From positions 30,040 to 94,039 of IMG/VR virus record IMGVR_UViG_3300028591_000146: a DNA stretch of 64,000 bases, one strand, 5' to 3'. The position numbers were made by a program, and so were the translations under genes. Source of the DNA: a virus. Lineage: Duplodnaviria; Caudoviricetes. Shown here piece after piece: positions 20,949-31,741 of this stretch; within the stretch, counting starts at the first letter, position 1, and every line of letters starts with the position of its first letter. The notes beneath the pieces are model-generated. The model searched no databases. It was not told the DNA's origin and saw nothing but the letters and a program-made list of their open reading frames with translations.

Positions 20949-21650
20949 ATGATTGATTTTGATAAACTTAAAACAATCAATACATCAATAGATCACATAT
21001 TCCATGGTAAGATAATGGAATGTGATATGCGAGAAGCATCATTACAGATAGCAGAAAAATTCAATCTGTTATCCAGAGAGGAACTCGAAAGACTTAAGGT
21101 TCTTCCAAAGGAACAACGTGTTGTACAGGTAGGATGTATACAGCGAGATCATCCGGAATTCACAGAAGCGTATTACAGTAAGCTCAAGGAAATCAGAAAA
21201 CATTTCATCGAAGTAAATAAACTCACGGATGATAATATCATAGCACTTCATTCCGATGCATTGTTTGTAAATACGAAACGAAAACTCAAGTTGGTAATCG
21301 ATGGCATTGAGTTCCGTATCAAAGGTCAATGGACATCATTCATGAGATTTGATAATCTGGAGTTCTTTTATGATGATGACAATGAAGAGATGACGTATAA
21401 GAATGTACCGGATAGCTTGCTCAAGCTTCATACAATCGGATTATGTAAACACATTCTCACAGTATTCAAAATGATTGAGAATAATGATGAACGTATATTC
21501 GATTATCTGTCAGACTTCCAATCGAGGTATCTTAAAGGAGAACTCAGTTCGAACTATTACATACCATTTGCAAAGATCAATGGTGTTCCTTTGCAGGACA
21601 ATCTCAAATTACTTTCATTCTTATGTTTGATGGCAATAAAGGAGTGTTAA
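20949..21650 (+). CDS. family-B DNA polymerase-like palm-domain protein
   Basis: Motif-A-like IMECDMREAS, motif-C-like IIALHSDALFV; only 233 aa. Confidence 0.55.
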   Translation: MIDFDKLKTINTSIDHIFHGKIMECDMREASLQIAEKFNLLSREELERLKVLPKEQRVVQVGCIQRDHPEFTEAYYSKLKEIRKHFIEVNKLTDDNIIALHSDALFVNTKRKLKLVIDGIEFRIKGQWTSFMRFDNLEFFYDDDNEEMTYKNVPDSLLKLHTIGLCKHILTVFKMIENNDERIFDYLSDFQSRYLKGELSSNYYIPFAKINGVPLQDNLKLLSFLCLMAIKEC

Positions 21651-21651
21651 T

Positions 21652-22287
21652 ATGAATGATATATTTGAAATCGTCATACCATATCTGACTTCAAGTAAGA
21701 AGAAGACGATGCTGACGATTAGAGTCTATACCGATAAGCAGGAATGGGTTGAACTATTCGTCAAACAGCACAACATCAAAGTTTACGATGTTAATATCTT
21801 AGAACCTGAATCATTCGGTAGAGATTTCCCAGATACTGAAATGCTGGATAGATTCGTATTCGAATCAAATGTAGATGGACAACAATATACCATTATAACA
21901 TCAGAAGAGTTATTAGACAAAGCTATCGACTATGTCGGTTCTCAGTTCTCGGGTGTATGTGTGTTCGGAGATGCAATATTTAGAACAGATATCCCAATCA
22001 TTGACATTATCAATAGACTGATCGAGAAAGTAAAACATGCTAGCATATTGGATTACTTTATGCTGGAAGGTTTACCGGATGATGATATACGAGAAAGATA
22101 TAAGGCGTTCTCCGTTAAAGTATTCGATACATTACCAAATTCTCCATGTGAAGACGATCTCGTGGATGATTATATTTATGAAAGTCTTCATGTAAATTCA
22201 TACTTACATGGAAAAGGTCCAGAAGCAATTACAGTAGAAGGATATGTTGAATACATGGCAATGTTACTATCTGATAGCGTTGATTGA
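21652..22287 (+). CDS. hypothetical protein
   Basis: 211 aa, AAGGAG RBS. Confidence 0.75.
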   Translation: MNDIFEIVIPYLTSSKKKTMLTIRVYTDKQEWVELFVKQHNIKVYDVNILEPESFGRDFPDTEMLDRFVFESNVDGQQYTIITSEELLDKAIDYVGSQFSGVCVFGDAIFRTDIPIIDIINRLIEKVKHASILDYFMLEGLPDDDIRERYKAFSVKVFDTLPNSPCEDDLVDDYIYESLHVNSYLHGKGPEAITVEGYVEYMAMLLSDSVD

Positions 22288-22301
22288 AAGGAATGATTAC
22301 A

Positions 22302-22709
22302 ATGGCTAAGAATCTTTCACCGGAAGAGTTAATAATGACTCATATACCAAAGAAGATTGAGAAATATAAGTTCATCATCAAGGATGATGAATTGTTTGAT
22401 GAACTTGTAAAATCTGAATCATTTGATATGGAGATACTCGATACCATTAAGAATGATAAACTCGTAGATGTTGGATATCATATGAACTTCATGACATTTG
22501 ATAGGACAGTTGTAGCAAAGGCTAAACAACCGACTACGATTGATGAGGATAAAGGTATTGTAGTATCAAAGCAGCTTATAACCAAAGCAGACAAGAAGCT
22601 ATTATCAGTTGGAGTTGCTACATTCGGATATGAGAATGCATCATATGTAATGGTAAAGTTCGAGTATGAAAAGTTCGACATTGTCGAGATATTCTTATTA
22701 GTAGAATAA
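22302..22709 (+). CDS. hypothetical protein
   Basis: AAAGGA RBS before ATG 22302. Confidence 0.7.
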   Translation: MAKNLSPEELIMTHIPKKIEKYKFIIKDDELFDELVKSESFDMEILDTIKNDKLVDVGYHMNFMTFDRTVVAKAKQPTTIDEDKGIVVSKQLITKADKKLLSVGVATFGYENASYVMVKFEYEKFDIVEIFLLVE

Positions 22710-22756
22710 CATAAAGTGGGTGGGGCGTAAAGCCCCACCACACAGTATATTTTTTC

Positions 22757-23938
22757 TTACTCAGTAACGTACTGAGTACCTCTTCTATTTTTGAGACCAG
22801 AAGGATTTGTTCCTTTATCTCTGTTGAGATATTCGTTGTTAGGATCAGATGCGTAAGGGTTGCTGATAGGTGTAGATGTATACATAGGACCATTGTAGAT
22901 CTTGGAGTGATCTGCAGGTTTGAGATCCTTCTCAGGAGGCATAACACGTGTAGGATCTTCCAGTACAGAGTTGAATACAGGAGCGTTGCCGACACCACTC
23001 TGAACGGAATCGAGATCTGGACGCTTGCCGCCACGGAACATAGCTGCGTTGATATCGCCATAGTCTGCAGGAATCTTGTCGTCGAAGAATGCATCTCCAG
23101 CACCAGGGTTGAAGTTCATAGCATTTCCGAATACAGCAAACTGACGAACGTATCTTGCAGCAAGATCGTTTACGTATGTAGATTGAACAAACTGACAGCT
23201 GAATACGAGCTGGAGTGTTTCAATCTGTGAATTACCACTAGCGTTAGAGTTGAAGATTGTATTACCAACCTTAGCGGAAGGAACACAACCAAGTGCCATA
23301 ACAGCACCATCACATCTAGCACCTGAACGATCAAGTGCAATGATGAGGAACTCTGCAACCTCCCAAGCTGGTGATGGCTCCAATGCAGAAGCATTTGCAC
23401 CAGTGTTAGGAGCGAATACACGCTGAGGTGTCTTATCTTGTTTGCTGACAGAACCAGCAACAAGACCGTGGTATGTTGTGAGACCTGTGATAGGATCTGC
23501 GATACCATCTATCCACATATTGTGGAAGTTTGCAACAGGACGACCAACAAGTTCAGGAACCTGAAATGTCAGCTGTTGCTGTTGCTGTTGAGACTGAGTT
23601 GTCGGGAAGTTGATTGTTCTACCAGAGAAACCACCCTGAAGCATTGCAGGTGTAAGACCTGCATCACCGATATTACAAGTAATACCGGTGTTGTAGTATT
23701 CAATCATCTTCTTGTAGGTTGCGAACTCCTTATTTGTGAATGCGGAGCCGTTAGCACCTGCAAAGTAGTGCATCAGGAAGTAAGGACCACGATACATTAC
23801 TGCGATAACTCTGTTATTGGTTAATGGGTTAAGAGAACGAAGTGTATGCACATCAGGTGTGAGACCACCGAGCATACCAGTGTAGTGTGAGAGATCACCA
23901 GTATATTCTCTTATGCCGGTTTGTAATCCAATTGGCAT
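22757..23938 (-). CDS. tail tube protein
   Basis: Immediately downstream of sheath; WIDGIADPITGLTTYHG motif; strong codon bias. Confidence 0.65.
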   Translation of the reverse strand: MPIGLQTGIREYTGDLSHYTGMLGGLTPDVHTLRSLNPLTNNRVIAVMYRGPYFLMHYFAGANGSAFTNKEFATYKKMIEYYNTGITCNIGDAGLTPAMLQGGFSGRTINFPTTQSQQQQQQLTFQVPELVGRPVANFHNMWIDGIADPITGLTTYHGLVAGSVSKQDKTPQRVFAPNTGANASALEPSPAWEVAEFLIIALDRSGARCDGAVMALGCVPSAKVGNTIFNSNASGNSQIETLQLVFSCQFVQSTYVNDLAARYVRQFAVFGNAMNFNPGAGDAFFDDKIPADYGDINAAMFRGGKRPDLDSVQSGVGNAPVFNSVLEDPTRVMPPEKDLKPADHSKIYNGPMYTSTPISNPYASDPNNEYLNRDKGTNPSGLKNRRGTQYVTE

Positions 23939-23960
23939 AAAATGTCACTCCTTTCTTTCA

Positions 23961-26900
23961 TTATGCACGACGATTTACATTGACGATAATCGGTACACGT
24001 ACAATCAAGCCACGGAATGTAACATTCACTGTGCAGATTACGATGTCACCGCCATCAACGTTTACGTCACGTTCGAAGTCGATTCTAAGTGTTTGAACGA
24101 TATTTCCAACCCAGTTGGAGAACATGTTCTCACATTCAACCTTCATAGTCTTGAGAATTGAATCATCAGAATACTCGAACAGATAACGCTCGATCTTCTG
24201 ACGAAGCAGATATGTCAACTGAGAAAGTGTTCTCATGTTGGACTCCCAGATGAGATCAGATGTCTCATCGTCACCCTTCATGGTTCTCTGTGACATTCTA
24301 CGAACAGTACCATTCTCATCCATGATCCAAGCATTACCGCCGAAGTTCCAGAGATCTTCTCTCTCTTCCCAGCTGTCGCCATCGATATCAGGGAATATAG
24401 ATACGTACTCGGAAGAAGACATAGCTGTGTAGTCATTTGTGAATGGCTTGTTGATTGAATATGTCTTGCAGTGTGTGATAAGATTATCAGCACTACGCTT
24501 AGCATATGTGTATGTTACACCATCAAAAGTTGTGTAACCACCAACATCCCATGATGCATTCGGGTTAGTGAATCTTGAGTTGAATGAGTTATTGATGAGA
24601 ACAGATGTATTGCCATCAGCGAAGCAACTGTCGAAGAGAACACTGAATCCTGAACCAGGTCCGATAGGTCTCTTAGACTCGGGAATACGATCGTATACAC
24701 GCTCGATCATCAGATCATACATAGCCTGCTTAACATCAAGGTCAGCTGGTGAAAGATTCTTTATAAGTGAAGGATCGAAGAGAACCTCATCCTTTTCCTC
24801 ATCAGTGAAGATAACTGAACCATTGATCCAGTCAGAAACTGAGTGATTGATCATTGTTGAGAATGCAGAACCAACTACAGTGTTATATGCAGCATCAAAG
24901 AGGAATTTAGCAGGAGTTCTGATAGGTGACATGATTCTAGGGTCGATCTGACCTCTGAATGCTTTTGTAAGCATTGCAGCATATCTGTACTTGAACTCAA
25001 TCTCGTTGATTGTAGGATCATCGAGGAATCCAGCGTTACCGCCTTCAAGTTGTACACCACCACTCTTAGCATCAAGATTGATACCATAATCGTCAGAGTA
25101 ATAGTCGTTAGGAATTACAGTACCTCTATCCCATTCGATCTTGTAGAGTGAACCTACAATATTAGAGATGATGTATCTGTTGATTTCCTCAGGGTTACCT
25201 GTAACGAGCGGAGTGTTAGTGCTGTCAACAGCAATCTTCCAATCTACATCTTCGATCTTAAGCTGACAACCTGTACCAGAACCTGTTGTAGTTGTGTCAA
25301 GTGCTGTACCTGTGATTCTGTCACCGTTTACACGTCTTTCACCTTCAGTATCAGAAGGAACAACCTCAGCAACACCACCTGTTGTGTTAGAACCAGTAAT
25401 CTTAGTTACTGTGAACTTAATGCTATTGCTCGAAGAGTCTGTAACTGTAAGAATGTCGCCAACAGCATAACCTGAACCAGCATGATCTTCAGTTACCTTA
25501 GCACCCGTGTTCTCCCAAGTGTTGACATTTTCTGCATCATATGACAGTATATCATACTTAGAGTCGAAGATACCATCAACAACTGCACCAGTCTTAGTAG
25601 GAACAGGACCGAACTTACAAGAATAATTTCCAAGTATGTCTCTGTGACCGTTAGTTCCAGGGAACGCAGTATCTGATGTAGTAACATCATAGTTATTGAG
25701 ATATATCAAGCCATTCTGCTTATCGATAACTGCAAAGCCTGGAATGAATCCACGCTTAACATATTTCTCATCAGTTGTAGAACCGTCATAGATAGATATA
25801 ACGTTCTCGATACCGTACTTATCTTCGTAAGGAAGCTTCTTAATTATATCAGCCATACTATAAGCTGTTCCAAGTACAGGTACATCTTGGTCTTGTGCGT
25901 CAGCATTTACAGGATACAGTGTGAATGAAGTAATTGTGACTCCATCTTGACCTGTAATGAGCTGAGCAACCATTTCACCAGGTTTAACACCGTCTGCTTG
26001 AAGTTGAGTTGTGTTAATAACTGTATTTGAGTCATAAACCTTAACGATTTTTGACTTGATAAATCCAGTACCACCTTCAACAGTCATTGTGTGGTAGATA
26101 GAATCAAATGTTACTGAAGTAACAGCCTGTGAATACTGGTTGATTGCACAAACTATTGAGATTCTTGGATTCGAGTTCGATGAACCTTGAGTTGTGAGAT
26201 ATACATCACCGATGTATACAGACTGACCAGGTGTGTTAATACCATAAGCCATGTTGATCATCTTATCCTTAAGAACAACATAATCAGCTGGTTGATCAGG
26301 ATTGTGTGAAACCTCAAGATTATAAAGACGATACTCCTTTGGCAGCTGAGGAACGTCAGTGTCAATTGCATCAACCTGATAGAATGGAAGATTTACATCA
26401 AGACCTCCATCGTACAGATACTTACCTGTGATCATATCAAATGTGTTGATGCTGAGAGTTTTGATAGGCTTTGTGTACTGATCTGTAGTATACTCACCAG
26501 TCTGCATTTCACCGTTGTAACACTTCATGTATGCTTCGAAGATCTCAGCAACACACTTCTCATTGATAATAGGCTTTACAACAGAGCTACCAGCTTCACG
26601 AGCTGCGATCTGGTTGTTAACGGTCTCGATGTAATCAAGTCTGTCAACATTATCAATGTTTACAAGAGAAGCTGTAAACTCCTCAATTACATCAGATGTA
26701 CGGCTGTCAAGTGTAGCGAATACATATGCAGCGTTAGCAGGGTTTCTTGCCTGGTTTACAGTGTCGATAGAAAGATGCATGTTGTTGTAAACAGCACCAC
26801 GACCAGCAGCTACTACAACAGCGAAGACTCTTTCAGTCCAGCCGTCAGCTCCCTGACCCAGTTTAGCGTTCTGAGAAATAATAGCCTGAGCGAGTTTCTC

Positions 26901-27362
26901 AGGGCTCTTGAAGTTACTCATGATTGCACCAGTAGGTTCAACGTGTGCCTTGAGGAACTTAACATGGAACAGTTTTGCAACTGGATCCCACTTATATTTA
27001 GCTGTGATTGTCTCGAATGCGTATACTGAATCCTCAGGAGTTACACGCATCAGCTGTACAGGTGCACCTTGTGCGATAAGTGAAGTAGGATATTCAATTG
27101 CCTGACCATACTTCTTACGGTCGCTTGTGGTAATCTTGTTGATACCGTATGCAACACGTGGAATATCTGATCTAGCAACCTTGATCATCTTGCCGTCTTC
27201 ACCCATTGGGAAACCGCTAACTACCATTGTTGCGAAAACTGAAGGATCATCAGCGAATACGACAGGAGTCTGACCATTGAAACCGGATCTGTCTACAATA
27301 TGTATGATGGTGTGCGGAAAATGATATTTCATTCCGTATTTAGCCTCAATCATATTTTTCAA
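23961..27362 (-). CDS. tail sheath protein
   Basis: 1133 aa; C-terminal sheath fold (LRQKIERYLFEYSD...VNVTFRGLIVRVPIIVNVNR); GRGAVYN; inserted domain GSGYAVGDILTV. Confidence 0.8.
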   Translation of the reverse strand: MKNMIEAKYGMKYHFPHTIIHIVDRSGFNGQTPVVFADDPSVFATMVVSGFPMGEDGKMIKVARSDIPRVAYGINKITTSDRKKYGQAIEYPTSLIAQGAPVQLMRVTPEDSVYAFETITAKYKWDPVAKLFHVKFLKAHVEPTGAIMSNFKSPEKLAQAIISQNAKLGQGADGWTERVFAVVVAAGRGAVYNNMHLSIDTVNQARNPANAAYVFATLDSRTSDVIEEFTASLVNIDNVDRLDYIETVNNQIAAREAGSSVVKPIINEKCVAEIFEAYMKCYNGEMQTGEYTTDQYTKPIKTLSINTFDMITGKYLYDGGLDVNLPFYQVDAIDTDVPQLPKEYRLYNLEVSHNPDQPADYVVLKDKMINMAYGINTPGQSVYIGDVYLTTQGSSNSNPRISIVCAINQYSQAVTSVTFDSIYHTMTVEGGTGFIKSKIVKVYDSNTVINTTQLQADGVKPGEMVAQLITGQDGVTITSFTLYPVNADAQDQDVPVLGTAYSMADIIKKLPYEDKYGIENVISIYDGSTTDEKYVKRGFIPGFAVIDKQNGLIYLNNYDVTTSDTAFPGTNGHRDILGNYSCKFGPVPTKTGAVVDGIFDSKYDILSYDAENVNTWENTGAKVTEDHAGSGYAVGDILTVTDSSSNSIKFTVTKITGSNTTGGVAEVVPSDTEGERRVNGDRITGTALDTTTTGSGTGCQLKIEDVDWKIAVDSTNTPLVTGNPEEINRYIISNIVGSLYKIEWDRGTVIPNDYYSDDYGINLDAKSGGVQLEGGNAGFLDDPTINEIEFKYRYAAMLTKAFRGQIDPRIMSPIRTPAKFLFDAAYNTVVGSAFSTMINHSVSDWINGSVIFTDEEKDEVLFDPSLIKNLSPADLDVKQAMYDLMIERVYDRIPESKRPIGPGSGFSVLFDSCFADGNTSVLINNSFNSRFTNPNASWDVGGYTTFDGVTYTYAKRSADNLITHCKTYSINKPFTNDYTAMSSSEYVSIFPDIDGDSWEEREDLWNFGGNAWIMDENGTVRRMSQRTMKGDDETSDLIWESNMRTLSQLTYLLRQKIERYLFEYSDDSILKTMKVECENMFSNWVGNIVQTLRIDFERDVNVDGGDIVICTVNVTFRGLIVRVPIIVNVNRRA

Positions 27363-27527
27363 TTCCTTTCATATAAGATTTATCTGTACAATCATATGAA
27401 TCGCAAATATAATCAATACAAATATTATTCATCTATCTCTATATTTATAGAATCGCGATATAACTATAGAAGGTTAGATGCTTATTGATTCGTTAGTATA
27501 ACCGGGGGAAGTCCCCCGGTTATCTGA

Positions 27528-28484
27528 TTATATTTCATCTTCGCTAACTCTTACAACTGGATATGATCTGGACATTTCATCAGTTGCATTTTCACTTACA
27601 AAATCAACATCATTGATTGTTGCAGTTGGTAAGTTTGATTCGTCATCAAGTAAATTGTATTTACCACTTACTGGATCTTTGACAGCGTTTGCATAGTAAG
27701 CATCTTCAACACCACGACTTGATACTACAACCTGAACAACACCATCACGTTCATGCTGAATATTTACATTTGGATTTGATATGTCATCCAGAAGTTGTTC
27801 AGCTGCTGTTACGTCTGCAGTGACATATTGCTGTGGTTGCTGTGGAACAACAGTTCCTTTACTGAGTGAATCAAATATTGAATCAAGAACCATTGTATCA
27901 TTTGCTGGAGATCCACCGAGTGTTGATTCTGGAGTTTTACCATATGCTGAACCACCTGAAGCTGTATTTGAGACTTGTTGCTGTTTGATCTTGATATCCG
28001 CAATGTTCTTCTTAACAGCAACCTTTTCTTTGTTGATTGCAGTTATTGCATTACGTGCTGCGGTGATAGCTTGGAATGCAGCTATATCATCTTCGGTAAG
28101 ACCATACTTATTTTTATCATTGATAGATTCCATGAATTTCTTTTCGAAAGCTTTCAATGTTCTGAGTTGATCTGCAGCGGTAGCATTCAATGCAGTTATA
28201 TCAGATGAGAATATTCTATTAGGATCGATCTTGTCACTGAGTGGTGGCATGAATGATTGATCGTTCATAGTGTGTAATATAGGAGATGAACTCTCCCAAT
28301 GTGATGACGCATATGGTGACACGTATTGATTCAACCTGTAGTATGTTGGTTGGGTTCTTAACATGTCATAGTTTCCTTCCCATGAAGGGCATTCACTTGA
28401 ACCCACTGACAGTTCAACAGATTCAGGTTCTTCTTCAGATGTTCCATACTTATTGAAACATCCATAGATATCTGCTAATGACAT
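27528..28484 (-). CDS. hypothetical protein
   Basis: 318 aa with central coiled coil. Confidence 0.75.
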   Translation of the reverse strand: MSLADIYGCFNKYGTSEEEPESVELSVGSSECPSWEGNYDMLRTQPTYYRLNQYVSPYASSHWESSSPILHTMNDQSFMPPLSDKIDPNRIFSSDITALNATAADQLRTLKAFEKKFMESINDKNKYGLTEDDIAAFQAITAARNAITAINKEKVAVKKNIADIKIKQQQVSNTASGGSAYGKTPESTLGGSPANDTMVLDSIFDSLSKGTVVPQQPQQYVTADVTAAEQLLDDISNPNVNIQHERDGVVQVVVSSRGVEDAYYANAVKDPVSGKYNLLDDESNLPTATINDVDFVSENATDEMSRSYPVVRVSEDEI

Positions 28485-28488
28485 AAGT

Positions 28489-28803
28489 TTACCTCTCTTC
28501 GATAGTATTCATCCAACGTTGAATACAATGGAAACAATCACAGGTTTCATCATCGTTGAATGTACATTTAGGTTTTGATCCAAGTAATGATAATATACAA
28601 TATTTATTATCATCATGATACTTGGTGAGGTTATCATTCATAGTTATCAGAATATCGAATGTGTTGTATTTATTCAATGATAAGTAATGAGGCTTTCCAT
28701 TTTCCATTCGGAATAATGGACGTTGTTGCATTTTCTTTTTCGGTAATGGCTTTCGATATTTCTTTAATATATTTGGTATATCAAACATATTAAACCACTC
28801 CAT
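28489..28803 (-). CDS. hypothetical protein, Cys-rich C-terminus
   Basis: 104 aa in operon; C-x-C-x2-C motif. Confidence 0.6.
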   Translation of the reverse strand: MEWFNMFDIPNILKKYRKPLPKKKMQQRPLFRMENGKPHYLSLNKYNTFDILITMNDNLTKYHDDNKYCILSLLGSKPKCTFNDDETCDCFHCIQRWMNTIEER

Positions 28804-28806
28804 TCA

Positions 28807-30309
28807 TCATAGTTTAGTCAAAGTATATAATGCTGAAGTAAACTCCTTTCCTGTTGAATAAACTCCAGTACCCTGTAAACGTACGTTATTGACTTTGGCT
28901 AACATTAAACGTTCAGCTTCTTCATTAGCTTCGTCGGTCATCAAACCACAACTCTTAACGGTATCACCATCATAGTCGCCATTCCATTTAGGGAGGTTGC
29001 TATTGGATGGTGTAAGAGTATCCTTGAAGAATGTTGCAACCTGGTGATGATCCATTGTAACATCGACATACGGATAGTACGGAAAACGTTCATTCTGGAA
29101 TGTAATGTCACAAGTTTTGTTTGTTGACAAGATTACAACTCTAGTGAAGAACGCACCGAGGTAGTTGCCGATAGGATATCGAACAGTATAGCACATACGT
29201 TTCGCATCAACGATACCATGCTTTGCAGCAATGTAAATGACATCTGTCAATGTGAGTGGTCTTGTAAATGTTTCCTGTTTACGATTATCATACATTGTAA
29301 TCATGATTGGATGTTGATGTTCAGCATCAAGATACAGAATACGGAAACGAGCTCCATAGTTTTCACGATACACATCAAGCATATCAGCAATAGCACGTTC
29401 ATCATACATGTTTGCCAATACAGAACCATTGACTTCTTCTGGGTTATTGTGAATAGCTTTGATGTTATTGTATGATAAGAATTCCTTGATCTGATATCTA
29501 AGGATTGGATTGAATAATGTACACAACGAATGGAGAGGATAACCAGTATCAAAGATACCAATCGGAGGTTCGTCTTCTTTATAGGTTGGAGCTGAGATAA
29601 CGTTTCTCGCAGTCCATACAGCAGTCTTTGCGAGGAGATTCTTCTGAAGGAATCCATTCTTGGTTCCAAGATACTTCTGAATGTATGTATACAATTCAAT
29701 GATTGAATCTTGGAGTTTGTTGTGAACCTGTGCAGCGGTTGTAGTAACTCTTGCAGTGATACTTTTGAAACCGAGTATCTTCATATAGATAGAATTGATT
29801 TCCGATTTAACAGCACGACCATTCTTCATACCGATAGGACGGAAGTTTGGAGGTAATACAAGAAGCTTATTAATGAAGATAAGATCTCTTGGACACTTTG
29901 TCAGGATGTCAACATTGTCATCATTTCTGGTTTTAAGTGTTTTAGCAATATCGATATCATTCCATATCTTATACAGATCAACAATTCCCGAATACTGACC
30001 ATCCTGTGATTCAACAAGAACTCCATCTTCAAGATTGAATCTAGCTAAACCATATGCACATTTACGAAGAACACCACCACTTCTATTGATGATTGTCTTT
30101 GCTACTGTTGGATTGAATACTCTGATAGGAAGTTTGATGTATCCACATTTGTACCAGCGTTCTTTTGGAGTAACACCAAAGATCTCTTCAGAGAATAATC
30201 CATCTGGATTGTATACATTCTGAGCTCTGTAAATGACAGATGAAGTTACCTCTTTCAAATCATTTACTTTGATATCTTCTTCTATATTATACAAACCTTG
30301 AACTTTCAT
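28807..30309 (-). CDS. RNA polymerase beta' subunit N-terminal/catalytic part (probably virion RNAP)
   Basis: PDGLFSEEIFG, GYIKLP, LVLPPNFRP, ARNVIS, VRYP, catalytic NGDYDGD. Confidence 0.92.
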   Translation of the reverse strand: MKVQGLYNIEEDIKVNDLKEVTSSVIYRAQNVYNPDGLFSEEIFGVTPKERWYKCGYIKLPIRVFNPTVAKTIINRSGGVLRKCAYGLARFNLEDGVLVESQDGQYSGIVDLYKIWNDIDIAKTLKTRNDDNVDILTKCPRDLIFINKLLVLPPNFRPIGMKNGRAVKSEINSIYMKILGFKSITARVTTTAAQVHNKLQDSIIELYTYIQKYLGTKNGFLQKNLLAKTAVWTARNVISAPTYKEDEPPIGIFDTGYPLHSLCTLFNPILRYQIKEFLSYNNIKAIHNNPEEVNGSVLANMYDERAIADMLDVYRENYGARFRILYLDAEHQHPIMITMYDNRKQETFTRPLTLTDVIYIAAKHGIVDAKRMCYTVRYPIGNYLGAFFTRVVILSTNKTCDITFQNERFPYYPYVDVTMDHHQVATFFKDTLTPSNSNLPKWNGDYDGDTVKSCGLMTDEANEEAERLMLAKVNNVRLQGTGVYSTGKEFTSALYTLTKL

Positions 30310-30442
30310 TATTATCATTCCTTTCTGAACGAATGTTATTACGATGGAGTTTTTCCAATTATTTCGAAACAATATTTATATCATTTTTTTGTACTGAGGA
30401 TCAACATCTTTGTACACTTATAATCAGAAGGAGGAATATAAG

Positions 30443-31741
30443 ATGATAGACTACATTATCGACAACGATGACAACCCAATGATGGATATCAAGATTAACC
30501 TTGGTACTGATAAGCCATTATATAAGTATGTCATCAAAGCTCTCAAGTCATTGGAGATAATCAATCTCTTAAGATTGTATCCAATCAAAGAAGCACCAAT
30601 CAACACATATCCGTTTCTGTATGTAGGTAACTTCAAATGGAACCCACACCCTCATCCATCAGAGTTACAGACCAGACGTAGAGAAACAGGTACAAAGATC
30701 CAGACTAAAAGTATTGCTGATATCCGAGTTGGCTTACTCGACTTTGATATAGTCTGGGGTGCAAGGGATAAGAACAAATGTCTTGAAAAACACATCGACC
30801 ATAATGTTATCATGGTTCCTATTGCAGATGAACATGGACGTTATATGCTGGACAACATTTTGTATGCTGAATGGCAGTTGGTTGATAAATTCCTGTATCC
30901 ATCCGGTAAGAACTCAGTAACACTTAAATCATTACTTCCGATTGTGGTTCGGCGTTCTGAGCATGACCTTGTATCAATGGATGGATATGCTATTACCTGT
31001 ACCAAGGTAATGGATGTAATGATATTCAAAACATACGAACCAATCATATCATGTTTCATGCATATCACATCTCCACTGTCATTCCTTGGAGTATATCCAA
31101 TCGTACAGTTTACAGATACGATCATCAATGATAAGATGGACTATGAATATTATCAGCCGAATCCGGATGTTGAGGTATATATCAAAGCATATCGTAAAGG
31201 TCTGGAAGAATTCGAATATGTTCGTTCCATTGTATACATGCTCGTATCACTGATAAAGGAATATGAACCTAAGAATCTTGATGAACTCACAGATCCATCA
31301 TGGTGGGTATATCAGCTTTCATATTATCCGAATAATGAAATCGAACATCGTGGTGCATGTAATGTAATGCATGTAGCAAGAATGCTTGACACAATATCAG
31401 CGTGGGAACTTCCGATACCTGCATCTGATAAAAGTCATATGGTTTCATTGTTAAGATATGTACTTCAGACTGAGTTCACAGATATCAATATCTATTCATT
31501 CGAAAATAAACGTATCAGATTAAACGAAGTCGTTTCTACAATAGTGACTGCTAGAGTATCAGACAATCTCAAACGTTTATTCAGATATGGAATACTTGCA
31601 AAGACAAAAGATGCTGAAGCTAGTATGAAGTTTGCTCCGAATCTCATCATATCAAAGATTCATTCACTTGGCACTATTCATACAACAGACTTCACAAATG
31701 ACATGGACTTCTATCAGTCTATGAAGCTCACGAGAAAAGGT
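30443..31741 (+). CDS. RNA polymerase beta subunit N-terminal part, exon 1
   Basis: AAGGAGG RBS; FENKRIRL and MKLTRKG; joins exon 2 to give KG-PNSLG (beta GPGGL region). Confidence 0.85.
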
